Shown here piece after piece: positions 25,903 through 38,094 of a stretch of 63,911 nt of DNA (positions are counted from its first letter, which is position 1; each line of letters opens with the position of its first letter). The notes beneath the pieces were generated by a model. It was given only the letters and a program-made list of their open reading frames with translations. It was not told the origin of the DNA and did not search any database. The translations under genes were made by a program, and so were the position numbers. This DNA is from Octopus bimaculoides. Lineage: Eukaryota. Where the stretch lies: the NCBI RefSeq assembly GCF_001194135.2, contig NC_068992.1, forward strand, positions 18,898,354 through 18,962,264, written 5' to 3'.

Positions 25903-25913
25903 ATATATATATG

Positions 25914-25948
<35 letters not shown>

Positions 25949-26204
25949 TCAAGGAGAAGAGCAATAATAACTGTAACAACAGCAAATTGATGTGAGGAAC
26001 GCCGGATACTTGTGAACTGTTTGAAAGAGAATTGCTTTCGTATTGCTCAATACTTTCATAAACATTCCGATGATTGCCAATTTGTCTTGTGCACTAAAAC
26101 TATGATATGAAATGCTCATCTAGAAAGATTTAACAATTACTTACTTCACAAGTATTCTTCAAATGTTGCTTTTTTTTTCTTAATAAATTTTTCTTCAGTT
26201 ATTT

Positions 26205-26440
26205 CATTATTTGGACTTCTTACTTGTTTTTTCTAAAATGCACCATAAACGTTCCTTAATATTAATACCCAGGGACTGCGGTGGCCAAATAAGATGTTCA
26301 ACTTCACTAGAATGTTCCACGTGCCATTCAGTAACAACGTTAGCTGTGTGAATTGGTACATTATCATACTGAAAGATTGCGTTTCCCTCCGGAAACAGTT
26401 CCGCAAACATAGGATAAATTTGATTAGATAAAATGTCTAA
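26205..26440 (-). pseudogene. Tc1-like (DD34E) transposase C-terminal fragment
   Basis: AIFQYDNVPIHTANVVTEW..EH...EHLIWPPQSLGINIKERLWCILE matches FQxDNAPxH...WPPQSPDLNxIExLW. Confidence 0.88.
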
Positions 26441-26699
26441 ACAGTCTTGACTATTAATTCTGCAATTCTAGATCTATCCTAATTGCACCAAATTCAGAAC
26501 TACTTACGTCCTATACACATAATCGTTTTACTCAGGGACTAGTAGACCTGACACCGTTCAGTATTCGGTGTGCATTCAAAGCAATGATTAGTAATATTAC
26601 GAAACAGGTATGCTTTTGAATCTCTTTAATAACTCACAATAATTGCAAGTGATGAAACTTGTGTTTTTGTGATCTCATGTATGCTGTAGTCTGCGATTT

Positions 26700-27255
26700 T
26701 GTCATGAACAGGAGTAAAATGCCAACGTGAAATTTTTCATTAAACTTGGAAAATCAAGAACGTCCCTGGAAGACGCTGAGCGATCTGAAAGACATTTCAC
26801 GAGCGTCACCTCTGGAACTATGGTATTGTGGAGACTGTCAATCGGGAGTTCTGGTGTGGCGTTTGAGGGAGAACAGTAGGCGAAAGCGACCGGATCTGTG
26901 GAGCGCGAAGAATTGGATTCTTCAAGCCGACAATGCACCCTGTCACCAGGCTCTCCTTACTCGTGAGTTTCTCACCAAATACAACATGGTGTCCCTTCCA
27001 CAGACGCCCTGTTTGCCAGATTTAACTCCTTGCGGACTTCTATCTCTTCCTCAAATGTTATCGTTTTAACACCGTCATCGAAATCCAGAGCGAATTACAA
27101 GAAGTCCCCGATTCGCTAATAGAAAAAATACCAGGCCGTATTTCAAAAGTGGCCGGAACGCTGCACAAGGTGAATATTTGGAAGAGGATAATGTTAACAC
27201 TTCGGTAAAAGTGTTATTTTTTGTTAAACATAACTGGTCCGGGAACTTTTTGATA
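26700..27255 (+). pseudogene. Mariner (DD34D-type) remnant with a large internal deletion
   Basis: Reads RLRENSRRKRPDLW..NWILQADNAPCH..REFLTK..LPQTPCLPDLTPC; TIR-like GTCCGGGAACTTTTTGAT near 27240. Confidence 0.87.
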
Positions 27256-28234
27256 AATGTTGGCTACCCGCTTCCTATCCAAGCAACTACGCTTTCAGAG
27301 TATCCTCCACCACTGGTCAGATTTGGTCACTTCAATATCTACTACCTCTAAGAATAACTCTTAGATAGACGTAGTTGTTCAAATCAATAATTATCTAGGA
27401 CTACAACTAGGGCAGTCAAAATTTCACATTGATATACATCTATGTGTTTTGCGTAATATGTCACTTCCAAATCTATGTTGGTCATATGCAAAGGACCAGT
27501 ATGCAAATAATAAGCAGTAGACGTTTAAACCATTATGAAGTTCATTTGAGTGAGTGCAAATGCTATAAAATCACTGAGAAATAGGTTGTAGTTACAGCTA
27601 AGATGCTATAGAAACATCCATTATACGATAGCTATTTTTTCTTGTGGAGTCAATAAAAAAACAATCGTTTCTTTAACTATTGAATATTAATAGAAAAAAA
27701 TTCACTGTTATCAATGCCTTCACTCAACAATAGGCTTCATTTCTTTCTTTGAATTATAATATTTTTTTCAGATTTTCATTATGTGTGACGTCGATCGCTG
27801 AATTTACGTGGGAGGCATGAAAAAATCCAGTATTCCTTTGAGGCAATCACACTGATATCCATTTGACAGAGGTCAATGAATGAAAAACATCAATCAATTA
27901 TTTACAATTATATTATTATGTTGGTTAAAATATAATCATTTATTGATTCCTTTATTTGTGATTGATGCCAATGGCATATTTTTTGAGACAGACGATATTG
28001 TGACATTCATGCACTTCCGAAGTGCATCACCAACGTACTCGAACATTCATCAACTGAGCTGCGATCAGATAAAGGACATCTTCTTATATAGAGCTGCTTC
28101 CTATTGCATCAATCTTTATGAGAACCAATAGAAATAAAGTGCTTTGACGAGTTCAATGAATCGTAGTTAAACGGGTGTTAACGTGTTTTATATTAAGTGT
28201 AGCCGAAATGCTTAATTAGAATTATGCAAATGGT

Positions 28235-28586
28235 GAAGAAGAAGAAGAAGAAGAAGAAGAAGAAGAAGAAGAAGAAGAAGAAGAAGAAGAAGAAGAAGAA
28301 GAAGAAGAAGAAGAAGAAGAAGAAGAAGAAGAAGAGTTTCCTTCTGGAGCCATGCCAGGTTCATGAGGGCCGGTTTCCCGGTTTCAGTGCCATAGAAATT
28401 CCCCACCTGGACGGGACGCTGATCTGCTGCAAGGATTACTGATTTTTTTTGTCATCTGAGTGGATTGGAGCAATTTGAAATGGATTGTTTTGCTCAAGAA
28501 TACAACGCATCTCCTAGTCCAGGAATCGAAACAACAATCTTAAGTTCAGGATTCCAACACCCTAACCAGTAAGCCACCCGCCTCCA
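28235..28586 (-). mobile_element. Full-length tRNA/Meta-like SINE (28335-28586) with a (CTT)n tail of about 33 units (28235-28334)
   Basis: Head TGGAGGCGGGTGGCTTACTGGTTAG...GTTTCGATTCC, core GCGTTGTATTCTTGAGCAAAACAATCCATTTCAAATTGCTCCAATCCACTCAG, and a 3' part running into (CTT)n. Confidence 0.8.
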
Positions 28587-29639
28587 CACACAGAAGAAAT
28601 AGTTAATTTATTAATGCTCATCAAGGAAGCCATAAGGCACAGATCTTGAATTTATATTAAATTTGATTAAAGCTTCAATAGGATCATACTAAAGGGGGTC
28701 GTTTGATTTTAGGAAAATTGAAGTTTCTTTGGGTCCATCGTCGTTACTAGACGTAAAGTTTCATAATTTTTTTAATGCCAGGGGGGAGCGAAGATCCAAT
28801 GGAGATATTGTCAAGGTCTTTCCAATTTTTGCAATAATGTTGTATATCTTTTATATATCTATCTTTTAGGCGATGCTAGATGCTGTTTACAGTCAGCGTG
28901 TCCAGAAGAAATTTTATACCACAATATTTTATTGATATCTATTTTTGACAAAGTCACACATTACTTAAAAATGGCTGAAGACGATCGGAAAGAAACCCGA
29001 GTAAATTTAGCATTAAGGATTTTGAAGTCAGGGCGGCATAAAGTTAGCGAGATTTTGTCTCGGACAATATGTTGTAATTAGATATGTCAAAGCATTTAAT
29101 CCGACTATCTACTTTTTCTACAATCCTCTAACTTATTTTTATAGGGCAAATAATTAACGTTGTCTGAATGCGGCAGGTCCTTACTGAGCTATGCTCGACT
29201 TCGTGAAAACATTTGATTAGCATTTTTTGTTGTTGTTGCAATAAATGAAAGGTTATTAAAAGAAGTAAAAGAAACGAAACAGAAAAGAAAACCCTAGTGG
29301 TGTTTAAACACAAAACCATCGTCAATAGGTTAGTAGGCCAGTAACTAATCTCCGTGATATTAATAAACAAACATATGTAGCTTTCTAAATGTGTGGATCA
29401 TTAGTGTTTATGAAAAAATAAATCACCAAGGAACCGGATGCACATTAAATTGATAAATATTTCATCTGGGTTTCTTGGATGAGAGGAAATTTGATTGGAA
29501 GACTTTTTGATTGGTATCTCTCCAGAAAATCAGTACCAAATTTATTAATTAATTTGTGATGGATCAATCAACTGCATTCCATTTTGTTTCTGTTACAAAA
29601 TGTTGAACAAAGATTAATGTCAGCAGAATTAAAAACAAT

Positions 29640-29640
29640 A

Positions 29641-29708
<68 letters not shown>

Positions 29709-29745
29709 CGCTGCTGCTGCTGTGGCTGTTGCTGTTGTTGCAGTT
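29640..29745. repeat. (ACT)n changing to (GCT)n/(GTT)n array
   Basis: Directly visible. Confidence 0.97.
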
Positions 29746-30050
29746 ATTCCTTCCATGACCAAGGTATTCGGACTTCCAGCATTCATCACTCCATTACAGT
29801 GTACTAATTGCTCCCTATTGTCCCCAGAGCATTAAGTGCCTATTTTCCATATGCCTTGCCTTCTTAACGGTATCCAATCTCCTGAACCTTGACAAATTTA
29901 TTTTTTGAACCAGTTGATGACATACGAGATGTCGAAATATTGTTCACTAGATAACAAATGGCACTCTTCTTTTAATTTTGACTCTATATCTTCAAAAGGA
30001 GTTACCTCAGTCCTTTCTATATTGTTATTATTATTATTATTATTATTATT

Positions 30051-30557
30051 ACGTGAGAGAGCAGTGCATGCCATCAAAGTCACACTGGGGTAAAATATAC
30101 GAAGCCCAGTACACCCATCATGACTACCTAACTGATAAGAATGCACCAGGCACATGCATCACAGCCATATGTGCGCGACATGGTGATTTCATATCAAGAT
30201 AACCAGCGCATGACCTTGCAGGTGAGGCCCAGTTAAAATTTTCTTCAGGTCGAGTAGCCCATCCCGCTCAAAAGTTCCCTGAATAAGGTTTGTTTAAGGA
30301 TGTTGAGCAAAACACCCATGTTTCCAAAGGTGAATTATTCAGACCCGAAAGAATTCCTCTCAACACATGGCTCTGATGCTCTCCCACTACTTCTGCTCAT
30401 GATCAGAGATGCACATATCGTCAGCCACCAAGGGACATGCTCAACTAGTTAAGATCAAACAACTGACACCCAAATCTGTGGTATTAAGCAGAATATTTGC
30501 TGTAGCCCATCTTTTTATACCTAGACAAAACAATGTACATGATAACACTTCCAATCA
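30051..30557 (-). mobile_element. Non-coding interspersed repeat of about 500 bp embedded in (TAA)n, probably a retroposon 3' UTR or SINE
   Basis: GC-richer block with (ATT)n arrays on both sides; I recognise it as an abundant octopus repeat. Class and strand are inferred. Confidence 0.55.
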
Positions 30558-30559
30558 TA

Positions 30560-30608
<49 letters not shown>

Positions 30609-30630
30609 CATTATTATTATTATTATAAAT

Positions 30631-30687
<57 letters not shown>

Positions 30688-31916
30688 GTCATCATCATCA
30701 TCATCATTATTATTATTATTATTATATTATTATTATTATATTTATATTTATTTTTTTATTATTAGTAGTAGTATCATTATTATTATGAGGATCATGATGA
30801 TGATTATGATGATGGTAATTTTGAAACAAATTTTCAGTCGTATCAACTTCATTCTCAAGAATATGACACAAACAACTTTTCCTTATGTGAGACATTTTAG
30901 TTATTTGAGATGACGAAAATGGTTCTTCCATGATCTAATTGCTTCAGATTCAATACAAAATCTCAGATCATGTTACTTTCCAAACAAGTATAATTTGAAA
31001 TATGAATAAGATACTATGAATAAATTATAGTGTATATGCAAAGATAAATAAACGTATATTACGATTATAGCTTAGATTTTCATCTAATAAAACANNNNNN
31101 NNNNNNNNNNNNNNNNNNNNNNNNNNNNNNNNNNNNNNNNNNNNNNNNNNNNNNNNNNNNNNNNNNNNNNNNNNNNNNNNNNNNNNNNNNNNNNNNNNNN
31201 NNNNNNNNNNNNNNNNNNNNNNNNNNNNNNNNNNNNNNNNNNNNNNNNNNNNNNNNNNNNNNNNNNNNNNNNNNNNNNNNNNNNNNNNNNNNNNNNNNNN
31301 NNNNNNNNNNNNNNNNNNNNNNNNNNNNNNNNNNNNNNNNNNNNNNNNNNNNNNNNNNNNNNNNNNNNNNNNNNNNNNNNNNNNNNNNNNNNNNNNNNNN
31401 NNNNNNNNNNNNNNNNNNNNNNNNNNNNNNNNNNNNNNNNNNNNNNNNNNNNNNNNNNNNNNNNNNNNNNNNNNNNNNNNNNNNNNNNNNNNNNNNNNNN
31501 NNNNNNNNNNNNNNNNNNNNNNNNNNNNNNNNNNNNNNNNNNNNNNNNNNNNNNNNNNNNNNNNNNNNNNNNNNNNNNNNNNNNNNNNNNNNNNNNNNNN
31601 NNNNNNNNNNNNNNNNNNNNNNNNNNNNNNNNNNNNNNNNNNNNNNNNNNNNNNNNNNNNNNNNNNNNNNNNNNNNNNNNNNNNNNNNNNNNNNNNNNNN
31701 NNNNNNNNNNNNNNNNNNNNNNNNNNNNNNNNNNNNNNNNNNNNNNNNNNNNNNNNNNNNNNNNNNNNNNNNNNNNNNNNNNNNNNNNNNNNNNNNNNNN
31801 NNNNNNNNNNNNNNNNNNNNNNNNNNNNNNNNNNNNNNNNNNNNNNNNNNNNNNNNNNNNNNNNNNNNNNNNNNNNNNNNNNNNNNNNNNNNNNNNNNNN
31901 NNNNNNNNNNNNNNNN

Positions 31917-31929
<13 letters not shown>

Positions 31930-31951
<22 letters not shown>

Positions 31952-32280
31952 GAGGGAGGTGTTCGATGCATAAATTATCACAACTTTCTATTTTAAATTT
32001 CGTGCACGTGGATTGCTTAGATTTTGTCGACCACACAGTATAGTAGAATCAGTTGGGCACTGCCTGTGGGGAAAAACAGCACCATAACGCATTTCACTCT
32101 GCCAGAAGTTTGGAAACGACATATTGTACTGCTTGGCATTTGAATCGGAATCTCCAGAACAACCTTTGCTTTGACGTGTCCTCAGAACATGTACCGAGAC
32201 TGGTAAAAACCAAACACCCAGTCAACATCATGGTGTTTGGAGTATTCTCTAGTGATGGTGGCGTTATGTTTTCATTCAAA
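31930..32280 (+). mobile_element. maT (DD37D) family deletion derivative
   Basis: 31930-32065 resembles the reverse complement of 41270-41400, followed by VPRLVKTKHPVNIMVFGVFSSDG. Confidence 0.8.
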
Positions 32281-32540
32281 TTCCGGGCGGTTTTTCCTGG
32301 CCCCTTGATAATATTTTCACGTTTGATTCCCAATTCTAATATTTTTTTATATTTTATGTCTAATTATTTTTTTGTATAATATAGTTCACTTGCTTAGTAA
32401 GTATTGCTTTCATTATTTTATCAAGTCTCTCTTTTATAAACAAACATCACGGTAGTCCAACAACAGAAGGTGAAGCAGTTTGTCAAGTTTTACCTCGAAG
32501 CAACGTAGAGATTTCAATTCAGTAGCCCTTCTGTAGGCTT

Positions 32541-32618
<78 letters not shown>

Positions 32619-32827
32619 GTGTGAGACAGAGAGGTGGGGAGAAAACATTGCAAGCAATAAATGAAATAAACACGAAATGAAAAAAATTCGTATGAATAAA
32701 GGTCATTACTACACATGGAAACGCCCCCGATTTTTTTGCCTCATGACATCCAGAAAACAAAATTTTCTACAAATACCGCTTAGATGTTGTAACTTCAAAT
32801 GCATCTACGTAACGACATGAAGGGGAA

Positions 32828-32887
32828 GGTTAGTTTTAGGGTTAGTTTTTGCGTTAAGTTTAGGGCTAATTTTAGGGTTAGTTATGG
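32828..32887 (+). repeat. Five 12-bp units of consensus GGTTAGTTTTAG (telomere-like)
   Basis: GGTTAGTTTTAG GGTTAGTTTTTG CGTTAAGTTTAG GGCTAATTTTAG GGTTAGTTATGG. Confidence 0.85.
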
Positions 32888-35800
32888 TTCGAGTTAAAAT
32901 GTTATTACACGTCCACACAGCGTACATTTATAATGGTTTGTACGCAGCACCTGTATTTTAGTAGTACTATTAGTGGACCTCTGTATTGAAGTAGTACCAG
33001 TTCCACTTCAACATTGAAATATTTCCTTCGCTTTGAAACCGCAACCTGTTCACTGACAAAACTTTGCAAAAGTAATGCAGCACGAAGTGAACAGTAAACA
33101 CACATGCACATTCATTGCTTTTATTTGTGTATATGTGTATCTATGTATGTGCGTGAGTGTATCACTGTTTAAGTCGCTCGTACAACTTGTTTGCCTATAT
33201 ATTTGCCTAGTGTTACAGAGTGTTTGGAAACTGTGAATAAAGGGCAAGTTTCGAGCACTTGTCGGTAACATTTTTTCTCCCCGTCATCTTATAGCAATTA
33301 CCCGACTTACTAGGTTCTTTTCACAGCTACCCCGCGTTCAAAAATTATGCAGGTATTTTAAAACTATCCAGTCAATAAATAATAAATTACGTATACATTG
33401 ATAGAATAATAAATAATAAATTACGTATACATTAATAGAGTAAACTGTCGATTTTCCAAATATCGAATGAAAACTCAAAAGGGAAAGTGAGTGACTTTGC
33501 AAATGAGAATGGAATAATCCGCAGGGAGAGCATTGAATATTTAAATTTGCGAATTGGACGCAATGAATGCAATGAATATGTAAATTTGCGAGAAATTGAA
33601 GTTAAAAATATTCAAGAAACTTGAGAAATCGAAATTATAGGAAATTTCTTAGAACATGAATTAATAAAAATATTTCCAGACGGTCAATCCTTTAATAATT
33701 GCTTTCTTCTAGTACATTTAGTCATTGTTACATGCCTAATTAATAAACAGCTTTGTCCATTATACTATAGATATGTACTGTTTCGAATTTGTGTGAATGT
33801 GTATAGAATAATGTATCAGTTAAACAAAGTTAAAACATTGTCTCGTTTTCACGTTTTTTATTATAGTATTTGAACAAAATTAGCACTTTCATACATAATG
33901 TTACTCATCAGATTTCAAATGTCTTTAACTAACAGTTGAGTTCTTGACAACTTTAGTACCACTTAGAATGCTCCAGACAGCTGAATTTTTAGAATACCTT
34001 TTAATGAAACCGCATGCTCTTAAAAATCACGGTTTGTCAGGCGTACCGATATTCTGTAACTTATTTGTATTCATTAAATAAGTTGTTATATCGTTGCGGT
34101 TATCTCCGTTCAAAACAGGTTTGAACACTTTAATAAACAGTTTTTTCTTTTATCTTTCTTCCAGCCTCACTTGCGTTCCGATAATGCATTCACTGCCTCG
34201 CCTGTATATAATTCCTCGTAATTATAAATATATATATTTTCGTGTGAGTGTGTCGGTGTCAGTGTGTATGTGTATATTTATATGTGTGGTTATGTATACG
34301 TATGTTACAGAAAGGAGTACTTTGCTAAGCAGTTCCTCTCTCATTTCATATCCGAATTAGTTTCTCCCGGGGTCACACAAACAGGAGTTAATGAGTAGTC
34401 GATAATGTATGTCCTTAGTAGAAAGTTATTGTGATATAAACCGTGTGGGGAGATGGTCATACAAGCCATGACGTCACAAGGACACACACACACACGCACA
34501 CACACACGCACACACACACGCACACACACACACACACACACGTAGAGACACTGGGAAGAAAAAAAAACAAGAAAAAGAAGACAAAGAATAAAAAGAAGAG
34601 GAAAAAGAAGAGGCAGAAGAAGAAGAAGAAGAAGAAGAAGAAGAAGAAGAAGAAGAAGAAGAAGAAGAAGAAGAAGNNNNNNNNNNNNNNNNNNNNNNNN
34701 NNNNNNNNNNNNNNNNNNNNNNNNNNNNNNNNNNNNNNNNNNNNNNNNNNNNNNNNNNNNNNNNNNNNNNNNNNNNNNNNNNNNNNNNNNNNNNNNNNNN
34801 NNNNNNNNNNNNNNNNNNNNNNNNNNNNNNNNNNNNNNNNNNNNNNNNNNNNNNNNNNNNNNNNNNNNNNNNNNNNNNNNNNNNNNNNNNNNNNNNNNNN
34901 NNNNNNNNNNNNNNNNNNNNNNNNNNNNNNNNNNNNNNNNNNNNNNNNNNNNNNNNNNNNNNNNNNNNNNNNNNNNNNNNNNNNNNNNNNNNNNNNNNNN
35001 NNNNNNNNNNNNNNNNNNNNNNNNNNNNNNNNNNNNNNNNNNNNNNNNNNNNNNNNNNNNNNNNNNNNNNNNNNNNNNNNNNNNNNNNNNNNNNNNNNNN
35101 NNNNNNNNNNNNNNNNNNNNNNNNNNNNNNNNNNNNNNNNNNNNNNNNNNNNNNNNNNNNNNNNNNNNNNNNNNNNNNNNNNNNNNNNNNNNNNNNNNNN
35201 NNNNNNNNNNNNNNNNNNNNNNNNNNNNNNNNNNNNNNNNNNNNNNNNNNNNNNNNNNNNNNNNNNNNNNNNNNTATATATATATATGTGCATGTGTGTG
35301 TGTGTGTGTGTGTGTGTGAGTGTGTGTATCATCAGATACATGTGTACACATCTAATATATTAATATTCATGTATATTTATAAGTCTGGCTGTGATTACAC
35401 ACAGTTTGTGTGTATGTATTTTTCTAAGTGAAAACATACAATGTTCCAGACGTGTTAATCCTAAGATAACTTTTGAGTCTAGAAATCCAATTATTTTGCA
35501 ACTTCATTAAGATTACTATTACACATTATTATTTTCTTGCCAAAATACACTTTTATATAAATTGTCGTGGAAATTATTTTTTAAAAAGGTAACATAAATG
35601 CATAAAGTCGCTCAAATGTAATTCAACATTCTATTTCTTTCAAATACATCGAGTTTCTTTTCCTCCTTGGAAATAATTATAATATATCGGTAATATCCTA
35701 CTAGGAGATTCAATTGATAAGAGATCGTCCGAACGTTGAATTATCAGTGATGTATTTCAAATTAAGCTTCTGTTACTCAATATTTCAGCTGCTTCACTGT

Positions 35801-36034
35801 GCCTATCTCATGGCGGTGTATGGTAAAAAGTCTAGAGTGCAGTACAAATATGATCAGCTGTAGATATAATTAACTTAGGTTATTTTAATTTCCAATAAAG
35901 TCAGCCTGGTGTATACAAAGAACTTGCAGTAATAATCTAGGAGAAGCTTTCATCGACTTTTCTAAAAGCTCTAAAAGTCTGGACTTATGCTAATGCTAGG
36001 AGTCAATATATGCTTTTATTCTTTTATTCTCTTA

Positions 36035-36230
36035 CTTTTTTCAGTCATCAGTCTGTGGTCATGCTGGGGCGCTTCAATTGGCATTTTTAGTCGAATGAAT
36101 CGATCCCAGGACATTTTTAAAAAATTTATTTTAAACCTGGTACTTATTCGATAGGTTAGTTTTACTGAACTGCTTCGTTATCGAGACGTAGACACGCCAA
36201 CACCGGTAGTATGAGACAACCGTAGACAAA
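36035..36230 (-). mobile_element. OR-like SINE 3' half, degenerate
   Basis: TTTCAGTCAT..GGTCATGCTGGGGCGC..TAGTCGAATGAATCGATCCCAGGAC..GGTACTTATTC. Confidence 0.75.
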
Positions 36231-36275
36231 ATACATACACATACACTCATATAGATATGTATATTTATATATATG

Positions 36276-36485
36276 CAGGGTGGCCCAAAAGTAGGTTTAC
36301 AGTTATCACGTAGGCGCTTTAAATTTCTTTTAAAACATTTTATTGCATTTAAATTTATATCTTACAATTAACTACATTAGCATAGAATAATGGTTTCATA
36401 TTTTTTTATAATTAAGATCTAAAATGTTAAAATATGAATGCGAAAGAGAAACTTGAATAAGTGTAATCCTACTTTTGGACCACTG
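36276..36485. mobile_element. Tc1/mariner-type MITE, 210 bp
   Basis: Left TIR CAGGGTGGCCCAAAAGTAGGTTTACAGTTA; right TIR reverse complement CAGTGGTCCAAAAGTAGGATTACACTTA; TA on the right flank. Confidence 0.85.
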
Positions 36486-37110
36486 TATATATNNNNNNNN
36501 NNNNNNNNNNNNNNNNNNNNNNNNNNNNNNNNNNNNNNNNNNNNNNNNNNNNNNNNNNNNNNNNNNNNNNNNNNNNNNNNNNNNNNNNNNNNNNNNNNNN
36601 NNNNNNNNNNNNNNNNNNNNNNNNNNNNNNNNNNNNNNNNNNNNNNNNNNNNNNNNNNNNNNNNNNNNNNNNNNNNNNNNNNNNNNNNNNNNNNNNNNNN
36701 NNNNNNNNNNNNNNNNNNNNNNNNNNNNNNNNNNNNNNNNNNNNNNNNNNNNNNNNNNNNNNNNNNNNNNNNNNNNNNNNNNNNNNNNNNNNNNNNNNNN
36801 NNNNNNNNNNNNNNNNNNNNNNNNNNNNNNNNNNNNNNNNNNNNNNNNNNNNNNNNNNNNNNNNNNNNNNNNNNNNNNNNNNNNNNNNNNNNNNNNNNNN
36901 NNNNNNNNNNNNNNNNATATATATATATATATATAGCAATTAGAAAATGGAGGATAATATGCTGTACCCATACAGTGTATCCCGTTGAATTGATTAACTT
37001 AATTTGTAACTAAAGTGACAAAAACCACAAAGTACAAGTGTTTATGACAAACCATGTTATATTGACAACCGGGTTTACAAATAAAAGTACATAAGGAATT
37101 TGAGAATAAA

Positions 37111-37246
37111 CATAAACTTACAGCTGTTTCGGCCTAGTGTTGGCATGCCCCATTCTATCCGAATAGCTCCTGCCGGAGTAATTAGCGGATTAAATGCTGA
37201 AATGGGGGTACATGCACGAATTCGCTAGGCCTCCTCAGAGATTCAC
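37111..37246 (-). ncRNA. Type I hammerhead ribozyme, probably from a Penelope-like pseudo-LTR
   Basis: GUGAAUCU-CUGAGGA-GGCCUAG-[87 nt]-CUAGGCC-GAAAC-AGCU-GUA/AGUUUAUG: complete core, perfect 7-bp helix II, minimal helix III with a palindromic loop, imperfect helix I. Confidence 0.8.
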
Positions 37247-37924
37247 AAAAAATTCCATACACATATATAGTAAGAGATAAAAACAAAAATGAAATAGAAA
37301 TAAACAAAAATAAAAATAAGGGTACAGCAAGAATAAAATAACAAATGAATAAATGAAAAATGAAAATATAACATATAAAAATATGAAAATATAACATATA
37401 AAAATATAAAAATATACAAATAAAAAATATAAGGCACATAAAAAGCCTACAAACAGTACATGAGGTCATACAATTGGTTATAGACACTCCAATATATAAG
37501 TCTGTGTGCATAACCATACTTAGATTTCAATGATTCAAGATCATATGTATATATGTGAGTACACATGTGTGTATATATCCATCTATCCCCTTACACATAC
37601 GTATACATATACAAATATGTATACACAGGCATTCTCCTACGTACACGGTCCCTGGTACCAACGCTATCTGCTGTGTTTTGAAGGCTGTTTATGGGTTTCT
37701 TTTAAAGAATTGCTGAGTGTGTGCGCGTCAGTTCTGTATATTTTGGATGGGTTTATGTGGAAGTTCATTTCATAGGAGTTATTAATATTCTAGTAGCAAT
37801 AACAGTGATAATAATGATGATGCTTCCGTGGAATTAGAACCGCTAAACATTTTTTCCGGTGTGCTAACTATTCCTCTCGCTCTCTTCCCTATGTAGTTTA
37901 TCCATAATCCATTCTAATATAGGC

Positions 37925-38094
37925 GGGATAAGAAAGTACATCAGACCCAGTGTTCCACTGCTAGGTATTTCATCGACTCCGGGAAGATAAAATGCAAAGC
38001 TACCTCAGTGGAAATTGAACTCAGGAAGTTAAGACAGTCGAAATGCCGCTAAGGATTATGCCCGGTGTGCTAAAGATCCTACCAGCTCGCTGTC
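37925..38094 (-). mobile_element. OK-like SINE, degenerate
   Basis: Reverse complement of the head GCGAGCTGGTAGGATC..TAGCACACCGGGC and the core, as at 41877. Confidence 0.75.

Noticed and set aside
28971-29081. Short ORF MAEDDRKETRVNLALRILKSG..., resembling a transposase N-terminus
   Set aside because: Only 36 codons, with no downstream DDE motifs or TIRs seen.
29750-30020. Coding-like minus-strand stretch IERTEVTPFEDIESKLKEEC...
   Set aside because: It has internal stops and no recognisable family, and it is bounded by microsatellites.
32828-32887. True telomere, or a CRISPR-like repeat array
   Set aside because: The units are degenerate, internal and have no spacers, and the sequence is eukaryotic.
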